From positions 6,251 through 70,250 of the forward strand of contig CAKOXO010000005.1 of NCBI GenBank assembly GCA_934130165.1: DNA of 64,000 nt, in the 5' to 3' direction. This document shows, one piece after another, positions 53,677 to 61,153 of this stretch (the stretch's first letter is position 1; the number at the start of each line of letters is the position of its first letter). The notes under the pieces were generated by a model, which was not told the DNA's origin, made no database searches, and worked only from the letters and a program-made list of their open reading frames with translations. Source of the stretch: an uncultured Bacilli bacterium (GTDB lineage Bacteria > Bacillota_I > Bacilli_A > RF39 > UBA660). Both the position numbers and the translations under genes were made by a program.

Positions 53677-54341
53677 AATCACCAATCCTTTTTAAATAAT
53701 ATATTTTATATATTAATGCTTGTTTTGTAAATTTTCTAATACATTTATCCATTACCAAATAGTTGTTAATCACTATACAACAATAATACTATTGTACTCT
53801 AAAAGCCATTTGTACAAATAATGATTAAAATTTTCACCTCTTAAAACCTCATATATTCTTTCTACAAAGATATCATACAACAACTAATCATTGCAGATAT
53901 TTTACGAACTTTTTTAATACTTTATATTCGATTCAATAATATAAGTAAATTTCAATTTTTTATCTGCTAAATTAACTATGTGCTAACAACAGAAATGAAC
54001 ATCAGTTACTTATTAATTTTTTAGTGCTATGTTAGGTGAATAAATTTTTTTAATCGTTAAGATATATTAAAAAAATAGGGATAATTATAAATATTATTAT
54101 ATTCCTCAAAAAATTTAATCATTTTCACTTAATTACCTTTAGTGGAAAAATTGGTTACAATTATTCAACATAAAGACTATTGCCAATATAAGTCAACAAT
54201 TTAAGTATATAGCAATCCTAAATAAAAATATTATTTATACATATAATGACCATTTTTTAGCTTTGAATTTAATATATATTCTTAGATAAATTAATCTAAT
54301 ATATGTATCATAGTAGTCTATAGCATTTTTCTAAATATCAT

Positions 54342-54366
54342 AAAAAAACTAACTATTCCTAGTTAG
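54342..54366 (-). terminator. Rho-independent terminator (copy A of a duplicated terminator)
   Basis: On the minus strand: ctaact-aggaat-agttag followed by ttttttt. Part of a 37-nt near-identical repeat also found at 56488-56524. Confidence 0.7.
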
Positions 54367-54412
54367 CAAATCTATTACTGCTTGAACAAAAAGTTCAAAC
54401 ATCATATCAATT

Positions 54413-54449
54413 TGGTGCCAGTAAGGAGCAGGTCTAACAACTCCTAGGC
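54413..54449 (-). pseudogene. degenerate tRNA-Leu 3'-end-like remnant (att-like repeat)
   Basis: The minus-strand sequence reads ...ggagttgttagacctgctccttactggcacca, ending in GCACCA, and aligns with indels to the 3' part of tRNA-Leu at 56558-56642. It is followed by the same terminator as the intact tRNA and cannot fold as a complete tRNA. Confidence 0.5.
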
Positions 54450-54528
54450 AAAAAGATGATATTAAGTAATAAACTTACTAACTAACTACATTATACACAT
54501 TAACAAAACAAAAAGAAAGTATTTTATC

Positions 54529-55614
54529 CTACTTTCTTGTTTTCTTTAATATTGGTTTTTGTTCTTTTTCAAATTTATCATATGCTAATGTTGAATATTT
54601 TTCAAATTCATAATTACTGCTTTCAGGCAATTTTGAACTTCCTAAAATACTATTATCAGTTCTTATTAATTCAATTTGCTTCTTTGCTTCTTTTAAATCT
54701 TGTTTAGTTACATTTGGATTTAATCTTAATGATATTTTAGGTGTTTTAGTTAAAATTATTTTTGCTGATTTTTTTAATTGTTCGAGAGTATATTTTGTTA
54801 CGGGAATATCATAAAAATTAACTTTATAATTATTATGGTTAACAAAAAACATTTCAACACATTGAATAGAAATTTCCTCTTTGTTTGTTTTTATAATTAA
54901 TAGAGGATTATCATAAAGCGGTATTTCAAAAGCAATGTCACTAATATCAAAATCATATATTTTTTTCTGAATGAAATCTAAAAAACATGAATCTAAATTC
55001 AAATAGTCACCAACTACATTTGATGAATTACACTGAGTTTTAATATTTTCTTTTAAACTATCAACATTTTTTTGCATATATTCCTTAATAGATTGGACTA
55101 TCTTTTCTTCACTTTCTATTTTATATTCATTTTCTTGATATATCCCACCATTCAAATTAATAAAATATACATTATTATTTGAGTATGAAGTTTTATCTAA
55201 TAATTTTTCTAATTCATCTCTTGTTCTATAACCTGTTCTTTTAAAAATTGGCATAACTTTATTAATTAATAATGCTTCATCATTATCTTTTACAGCATAA
55301 CTTTCAATAATACTACCATCGACGATTCTAATATATGGTTTATCATATTCAAATAATTGATTTGCATAAATTCTTCTGTCAAATAATCCTACTCTTGAAT
55401 AATGTGTTGGTATATTTGAATAAGGAAATTGCTTTCTTCTTTCATCTTGTAAATATTTATTAATATAATAATTAGAGTTTTTTTTGTAATGAAATAAAAT
55501 GTCATCTTGACTCAATATTGTAATCCCATCTCTATATGGTGTCATAATTTGAATACAATCATCTGCTACATAACAACTTTTTATTCTTTGTATTATTTCA
55601 TTTGTTTTTTTCAC
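54529..55614 (-). CDS. hypothetical protein (361 aa), cargo of the tRNA-flanked cassette
   Basis: Long ORF, AT-rich codon usage, no recognisable motifs. Confidence 0.5.
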   Translation of the reverse strand: MKKTNEIIQRIKSCYVADDCIQIMTPYRDGITILSQDDILFHYKKNSNYYINKYLQDERRKQFPYSNIPTHYSRVGLFDRRIYANQLFEYDKPYIRIVDGSIIESYAVKDNDEALLINKVMPIFKRTGYRTRDELEKLLDKTSYSNNNVYFINLNGGIYQENEYKIESEEKIVQSIKEYMQKNVDSLKENIKTQCNSSNVVGDYLNLDSCFLDFIQKKIYDFDISDIAFEIPLYDNPLLIIKTNKEEISIQCVEMFFVNHNNYKVNFYDIPVTKYTLEQLKKSAKIILTKTPKISLRLNPNVTKQDLKEAKKQIELIRTDNSILGSSKLPESSNYEFEKYSTLAYDKFEKEQKPILKKTRK

Positions 55615-55689
55615 GACTAAACCTCCATTAAATTTTTGTTTAATATTATAACATACTTATAACTATTTTATCACAAATTATCTTATTTT

Positions 55690-56466
55690 TTATAATTCTA
55701 AGTCGTTATTTTTCTTTTTATCTTCTTTATAATCTTTTATAATAGGCAAATCATATATTTTCTTATATTCTTTTTCAGTTATTATATTATTTTCTCTTAA
55801 ATCATTTGCAACATCTTTATATTTACTTTTTAATATATTACCAAAGAACCCTTTAACTCTTTCAGATATAAAGTCTACAATTTCATTAACTCTTCGTTTC
55901 CATGATTCTACTTTTGCTTCAAACACAATTACTTTTTTATTTAAATCTTTTATTGTATTTTTTGCTACTATTAACAAACTTTCTTTTCCTTCTAATTTTA
56001 TTTTTAAATCTTCATTATCGTTGACTAAATTTCTAATAGTCTTATAATTATCATCTAAATCTTTTTTATCAGAGGATATTATCAAATTATTTTTTGATAA
56101 AGGTTGTTGTTTTAAGTTTTCTAATATTTCTTTAACCTCATTTGATTTATCATTTATCTTATCTACATTTTTATTTATTTCAGTTATTTTCTTATGTTGC
56201 TTGTTATAAGAATCTTTTAGTTTTATTTTCTCATTATAGCCATTTATAAAGACTTCTTCACTTTCTTCTAGTATTAAGTAATCATTTTCTTTAACTTTTA
56301 AAATGTGGAGTTTTGCATAGGCAATATTAGTGTTTTTAATTGATTTAATATTACCTGGTATAAATTCATATTTAACACAAGCAAACCGACATATCATATC
56401 TATCTTTCTATTAAGTTCATCACTTATTTTCAAATCTTTAGTTTCTATCTCAAACATAATCATCAC
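55690..56466 (-). CDS. hypothetical protein (258 aa) with N-terminal globular region and long coiled-coil
   Basis: Long ORF. Residues 90-200 are heptad-like (Lys/Glu/Asn-rich). No known family. Confidence 0.5.
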   Translation of the reverse strand: MMIMFEIETKDLKISDELNRKIDMICRFACVKYEFIPGNIKSIKNTNIAYAKLHILKVKENDYLILEESEEVFINGYNEKIKLKDSYNKQHKKITEINKNVDKINDKSNEVKEILENLKQQPLSKNNLIISSDKKDLDDNYKTIRNLVNDNEDLKIKLEGKESLLIVAKNTIKDLNKKVIVFEAKVESWKRRVNEIVDFISERVKGFFGNILKSKYKDVANDLRENNIITEKEYKKIYDLPIIKDYKEDKKKNNDLEL

Positions 56467-56487
56467 TCATCATTTCGTTTTAAGCAG

Positions 56488-56512
56488 AAAAAAACTAACT
56501 ATTTCTAGTTAG
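56488..56512 (-). terminator. Rho-independent terminator downstream of tRNA-Leu (copy B)
   Basis: On the minus strand: ctaact-agaaat-agttag followed by ttttttt. Confidence 0.7.
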
Positions 56513-56557
56513 TAATCTATTACTTAAACTCAGGGATTGTCCGAGTATCAATCAATA

Positions 56558-56642
56558 TGGTGCGGGTAACAGGAGTTGAACCTGCAAGGGTTGCCCCACT
56601 AGATCCTAAGTCTAGCGCGTCTGCCAATTCCGCCATACCCGC
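56558..56642 (-). tRNA. tRNA-Leu (anticodon TAG)
   Basis: Minus-strand sequence GCGGGTATGGCGGAATTGGCAGACGCGCTAGACTTAGGATCTAGTGGGGCAACCCTTGCAGGTTCAACTCCTGTTACCCGCACCA. It has a 7-bp acceptor stem, an anticodon stem CTAGA/TCTAG with loop CTTAGGA, a long variable arm, a T-loop TTCAACT and an encoded CCA. Confidence 0.9.
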
Positions 56643-56651
56643 AATAAAAAA

Positions 56652-56728
56652 TGGTGGACCCTATTGGACTCGAACCAATGACCGTTCGGTTATGAGCCGA
56701 ATGCTCTAACCAACTGAGCTAAGGGTCC
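56652..56728 (-). tRNA. tRNA-Met (anticodon CAT; elongator Met or Ile2-lysidine type)
   Basis: Minus-strand sequence GGACCCTTAGCTCAGTTGGTTAGAGCATTCGGCTCATAACCGAACGGTCATTGGTTCGAGTCCAATAGGGTCCACCA. It folds as a cloverleaf with a TTCGAGT T-loop and an encoded CCA. The anticodon stem lacks the initiator-type GGG/CCC. Confidence 0.9.
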
Positions 56729-56770
56729 ATCGCTATTTAATGATAGCATATTTTTTTTAATTGTGCAACA

Positions 56771-56800
56771 AAAAATAGAGATTTTTTTCTCTATTTTCCT
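56771..56800. terminator. bidirectional terminator
   Basis: Stem aatagaga / tctctatt with loop ttttttt, an A-run on the 5' side and a T-run on the 3' side. It overlaps the stop of the minus-strand gene 56791..57210 and separates it from the tRNA promoter. Confidence 0.7.
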
Positions 56801-57210
56801 AACATATTTAATAAATTGATTTTAAACATATCTCTTTCTGGATCGGTTTTTGAAATCATAACACCTTTGTATGTAGAAAGTTCAGCTCTATGTCCTTCAT
56901 CTAAAATTCCTTCTGGAGTGATATTAGTAAGTAGAATCACCTTTTTATCTGTATACACTGTATAATGTAATCTAATTTCACCATGAACTTTAACAAACAT
57001 TTTATCAGTTGGCAATTTTAATTCATAAGAAATTGTTTTAGCTTTTTCATCTTTGCTAATTTCTTCTCCTAAAAAGTTTCCTTTACGAATTTCTGGATAA
57101 AAGTTAAAAGTTAATTTCTTGTAAGCTAGCATGTTATACTTTCTTAAAGATCTTTCTTTTTTTCTAAAATCATTTTCATCCAAATACTCAAATATATAAG
57201 AATTATCCAT
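56791..57210 (-). CDS. hypothetical protein (139 aa), possible RelE/ParE-like fold at C-terminus
   Basis: Consensus promoter and RBS TAGGGGG upstream. C-terminal VHGEIRLHYTVYTDKKVILLTNITPEG resembles the g.yRiiYrvd.e.k.v.il.ig.R core of RelE/ParE toxins. Weak. Confidence 0.4.
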   Translation of the reverse strand: MDNSYIFEYLDENDFRKKERSLRKYNMLAYKKLTFNFYPEIRKGNFLGEEISKDEKAKTISYELKLPTDKMFVKVHGEIRLHYTVYTDKKVILLTNITPEGILDEGHRAELSTYKGVMISKTDPERDMFKINLLNMLGK

Positions 57211-57271
57211 ATATATTCAACCCCCTAAACATTATAGTATTGAAGACCCCTGCTATCTTCAAAGTACACAC

Positions 57272-57300
57272 ATTATAGCATAATATTAGTAATTTGTCAA
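57272..57300 (-). promoter_or_regulatory. consensus sigma-A promoter (minus strand)
   Basis: On the minus strand: TTGACA, 17 nt spacer, TATAAT, perfect hexamers, about 60 nt upstream of the ATG at 57210. Confidence 0.7.
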
Positions 57301-57339
57301 CATTTGTCATATAAATTGCCATTTATTATACACTTATTA

Positions 57340-58599
57340 TTAGTTTTTATCACTATTATATTTCCAATTTAATTGCTTTTTATATACTTTATTTTTACTA
57401 ATATCTCGCAAATCGAGATTATAGTTATTACCATCATTTAACTTTCTTAATGCTACATCTTTAAAAATGCTTACAGATGCATCTTCATCAGTTACTTTAT
57501 TTACAAGTTTGTAAGTTAAATATCTTTGGTAGTTTTCTTCTGTTTTAGCATCATATAATTTATTAAGTTTTACCTTTTCTTTTTTTGTTAAACTGTTAAC
57601 TCCTTTGGTGTTGTTACACATTATTTGCATAGCATCTATAATAGATTTAACAGATAAATAAGAATTAGAAATATTAGTTTTTCCCCTAAAATCATTTCTA
57701 ACCATTTTAAAGAATATATTGGCAAGTTTTTTCTTTCTACTAAAACTATTTTCTCTATTAAATTTAATTAGTGCATTCTCATATTTATAATAAACTTCCC
57801 TAGATTTTATATTTTGAATTAATGTGTTTGTAGAAAATGATTCAACCTGTACTATACGATATTTAATATCTTCTTTAATAGCAGCTTTATAGTTTTCTTT
57901 TAAAGATAAAACATCTAACTCACCATCCAAATAAATATCATTCATTTGTTCCTCGTCTAGCATATTAAACATTAAATATTCACTTTCTATCTCTTCATAT
58001 GAATGAGCTAGCTTTTGATTTTTATAGTTATATCTATTAGCTAAGAAAACATTATAATCCTTAAGACTTCTCCAAATATTAGAAATATATTTACTTTTAT
58101 TTAAATTAATGTTTCTCATTGCTAAAATTTCATATACATTACTATATTCATCAGCTGATTTCATTTTTCTTAAATAATCTTGTTCATTTCGATTTCTATT
58201 AAAAATGAAATCATACACATCTACCATTCGTAATTTTCCTTCTGTATTACTAAAAATTATTGCAATAAGTGCTGAATATAGGGCTAATTTTTTTATTCCA
58301 ATATGTTTTACAGTTATATCTGGTGCCTTTGTTTTAAAAGAATCTTTTTCTTTTTCAGTGCCCTTTTTTGTATCAAACTCTGCTACTTTTTTTAAAAGTT
58401 CCGTTTTAGTTAAAAATAATACATTATTTTTAACCCTAGAGTCAGACAATGATTTAATATTTTCTTGATTGCAGTATTCCTTTATTTTCTCCTTGCCTAT
58501 GTTTTCTGTAGTTTTTTGTATTTTATTATCACTATAGATTATTATTGATTTTCTCTTTTGGTTATCAGTATAAAATACTATCTGTTTTATTTTTTTCAT
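57340..58599 (-). CDS. hypothetical protein (419 aa)
   Basis: Long ORF, Lys/Asn-rich, no recognisable catalytic motifs. Confidence 0.5.
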   Translation of the reverse strand: MKKIKQIVFYTDNQKRKSIIIYSDNKIQKTTENIGKEKIKEYCNQENIKSLSDSRVKNNVLFLTKTELLKKVAEFDTKKGTEKEKDSFKTKAPDITVKHIGIKKLALYSALIAIIFSNTEGKLRMVDVYDFIFNRNRNEQDYLRKMKSADEYSNVYEILAMRNINLNKSKYISNIWRSLKDYNVFLANRYNYKNQKLAHSYEEIESEYLMFNMLDEEQMNDIYLDGELDVLSLKENYKAAIKEDIKYRIVQVESFSTNTLIQNIKSREVYYKYENALIKFNRENSFSRKKKLANIFFKMVRNDFRGKTNISNSYLSVKSIIDAMQIMCNNTKGVNSLTKKEKVKLNKLYDAKTEENYQRYLTYKLVNKVTDEDASVSIFKDVALRKLNDGNNYNLDLRDISKNKVYKKQLNWKYNSDKN

Positions 58600-58607
58600 T
58601 AGACTTC

Positions 58608-59900
58608 CTACTTCTTTAATTCCTTTTTGCCAGAGTACTTGTAACCATTATTCAATAAATATTTATTATCATAACTTGACCAAACATAAGAATATGAATT
58701 TAAAATATTTCTTGTTCTAGTCATTTTAGTACATATTTCCTCATTTTGAGATACAGTTATATTTTCTGCTTGATATGAATAACTATCTACCATTTTACTA
58801 ATATAACCATTACCGCAATAACTATTATAAGTGATACCATTATAAACATATTTATCAAAATATATTTCTCTATTTACAGATTTATTATTTAGAGTCTTAT
58901 TATATACATATTTTGTATTTAACGTATCTTTTGGTGGATAGGAATATTTTTCTGTTGATATATAGTTCCAATTACTAAGATTTGAATAATCGGATGAGAC
59001 TTTATATAAAGTATTATTGAATGAGATATAATCATATCCTTGGCATACTTTTAATAAATTAGAACCTACCTTTTTTATAGAAATTTTATTTAAATTAAAA
59101 AATTGTTTATTATTTTGTTTTTCTATTTTTTCCTCTTTTAGGCATATACTATCACTTTCACAATTAATATTAGTCGCAGAACATGAGATTATTCCGCTAT
59201 TAACCCAAGGGGACCATGAACTATACAAAATACTATTTTCCTTAACATACTGATATATATATTCTCTATTTGTAGTATCAACTATTTCAATACTACCTTT
59301 GTATGTTGTTATACGTCGTTTTTTTGTGGTTTTCTTTGCTTGAGATATTGATTGACTTGTTTTTTTAGTTGATTCTACATCATCATCTTCACTTGTATTT
59401 TCATTTTCTATTAAAGTTTCTTTATTTTGTTTTTTATTGTTATCTTTTTCACATAAAAATGTAGAACAAGTTCCATTATCTTCTAATTTTACTAAAATAT
59501 AATCTTTATCTTTATTGCATTTTAAAAATATTTTCATTTCATAACTAATAGTTGATGTTTTTCTCAAAGTTACGTATGAAGAAGTAGAATTACATGTTTT
59601 ATTGTTTGAGTCTTTTATAACCAATTTTTTATTTATTTCTTTTAAAGTAATCTTTTTATTAGAATCTATTATATCTTGAATATTTTCTTCAGTAAAATAT
59701 TTTAATGCCTCTTTTTTTATTGCTTGCAAATTATCAGAAAGAGTTTTAGCAGCATTTTTTTGATAATTTGAATTATTATTTTTAGAATTTTCTTTTCTTG
59801 TACATAAAAATACCACTAAAAACAAAGCTAAAATAATAATCATAAGTTTTATAAAAAAACGGCTTACTGGAAATAATTTTTCTCTATAACTATAATTCAT
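58608..59900 (-). CDS. hypothetical membrane-anchored, Cys/Asn/Tyr-rich extracytoplasmic protein
   Basis: ATG at 59900 with RBS GGAGAGGT 5 nt upstream (the track start lies further upstream). N-terminal TM FFIKLMIIILALFLVVFLC. The mature part contains about 20 Cys and many NxS/T and Tyr residues. Confidence 0.5.
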   Translation of the reverse strand: MNYSYREKLFPVSRFFIKLMIIILALFLVVFLCTRKENSKNNNSNYQKNAAKTLSDNLQAIKKEALKYFTEENIQDIIDSNKKITLKEINKKLVIKDSNNKTCNSTSSYVTLRKTSTISYEMKIFLKCNKDKDYILVKLEDNGTCSTFLCEKDNNKKQNKETLIENENTSEDDDVESTKKTSQSISQAKKTTKKRRITTYKGSIEIVDTTNREYIYQYVKENSILYSSWSPWVNSGIISCSATNINCESDSICLKEEKIEKQNNKQFFNLNKISIKKVGSNLLKVCQGYDYISFNNTLYKVSSDYSNLSNWNYISTEKYSYPPKDTLNTKYVYNKTLNNKSVNREIYFDKYVYNGITYNSYCGNGYISKMVDSYSYQAENITVSQNEEICTKMTRTRNILNSYSYVWSSYDNKYLLNNGYKYSGKKELKK

Positions 59901-59973
59901 AACTACCTCTCCTATCAAGTTATTTATACTACCATTATTAGTCTCTAAAGTCAATAATAGCAAAGAAAAACAA

Positions 59974-60228
59974 TTATAAATTTAACTCTATAATTGTTTG
60001 ACCTTCATTAAAATTATCTAATTTAAAACTTCTTACATTTTTGTTGTTTTTTAATTCGTTATGAACCGCTTTTTTTACTATTCCTTTACCAATTCCATGT
60101 ATTACAACTATTTTTTCATTTTTTAGTGTAATATTATCATTTACAAAATTTTTTACTAGAATCGCTGCTATATCTCCCGTTTCACCATGTAAATCAATAG
60201 TTGGTAAATTCTTATATAATATCATCAT
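59974..60228 (-). CDS. Smr-domain protein
   Basis: PTIDLHGETGDIAAILVKNFV...IVVIHGIGKGIVKKAVHNEL is the Smr (small MutS-related) signature. 84 aa. Confidence 0.7.
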   Translation of the reverse strand: MMILYKNLPTIDLHGETGDIAAILVKNFVNDNITLKNEKIVVIHGIGKGIVKKAVHNELKNNKNVRSFKLDNFNEGQTIIELNL

Positions 60229-61114
60229 TATACCTATTTAATACTTTCTCTAATTCTGGTATAGCAAATCTACTACCAATAACTTCTGTTGATAAAGCAG
60301 CTGTAATAGAAGCTAATTCAATTGACTCTTCTAATGCGTATCCATTAGATATGAAATAAGCAAAAGCTCCATGGAATATATCTCCTGCTCCAGTTGAATC
60401 AATCGGTTTAACCTTAATACTAGGAATAATTTTATAATCATCAATTTTGGTAAAACAGCCCTTATCTTCCAAAGTAATGATTACATTTGTTTTAAAATAT
60501 ATTTTCAAATATTCATATATAGAAATTAGTGATTCCTTATCGTTATAGTCAATTGTTTGATTAGTAAATATTTCTGCAAAATCCTTGGAACAGATTACAT
60601 AAGTTACCATTTTTCCTAATTCTTTTGTATATTCATTTACCCTTCCAGCATCCAATATACTTATTGCATTAGGATTATTAAGAATAACTTTTTTTGCTGT
60701 TTCATAGTGTTCTCCATCAACCAATAAAATATCAAAATCATTAACATCAACGTTTTTTTTAATACTTAGTGGTAAGCTTTCTTTAGCAGTTATAATAGTT
60801 CTACTACCATTTTTTAAATTAGATATTATATAGCTTGAATCTGTATTACATTCATCATTTTTTTCTATATAGGTTGTATCAACACCTATATTTTTAAATT
60901 CTTCTATGACCTTCTCCCCATAGTAATCATTACCAACAATTCCTACAAAAGTTGTATTAATACCCCATTTAGAAAGTAAATAAGCTGCATTGGAAGCAGG
61001 TCCACCACCACATTCAATTTTCTCTTTAATTCTATATTTAATATTTTCTTTTGGATACCCATTAATAGGTAGAGTTGTATCAAACGTTGCATGACCAACA
61101 CATACAGCTTTCAT
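60212..61114 (-). CDS. PfkB-family carbohydrate/nucleoside kinase (ribokinase-like)
   Basis: N-terminal GG motif (ECGGGPASNAAY) and C-terminal DSTGAGDIFHGAFAY anion-hole/ATP motif. Confidence 0.8.
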   Translation of the reverse strand: MKAVCVGHATFDTTLPINGYPKENIKYRIKEKIECGGGPASNAAYLLSKWGINTTFVGIVGNDYYGEKVIEEFKNIGVDTTYIEKNDECNTDSSYIISNLKNGSRTIITAKESLPLSIKKNVDVNDFDILLVDGEHYETAKKVILNNPNAISILDAGRVNEYTKELGKMVTYVICSKDFAEIFTNQTIDYNDKESLISIYEYLKIYFKTNVIITLEDKGCFTKIDDYKIIPSIKVKPIDSTGAGDIFHGAFAYFISNGYALEESIELASITAALSTEVIGSRFAIPELEKVLNRYNDDII

Positions 61115-61153
61115 ATTATCACCTCTATATTATATCAACACTATTTTACTGTT

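Noticed and set aside
54413-54449. A second functional tRNA-Leu gene.
   Set aside because: Only the 3' acceptor/T-arm-like part is recognisable and it is interrupted by indels. No D-arm or anticodon arm can be folded upstream. It is better explained as a remnant or att-like repeat.
57211-57271. The hairpin ttgaaga-cccctgcta-tcttcaa as a terminator for gene 57340..58599.
   Set aside because: It lacks a U-run on the relevant (minus) strand and lies downstream of the consensus promoter within the 5' UTR of the 139-aa gene. It is more likely a UTR structure.
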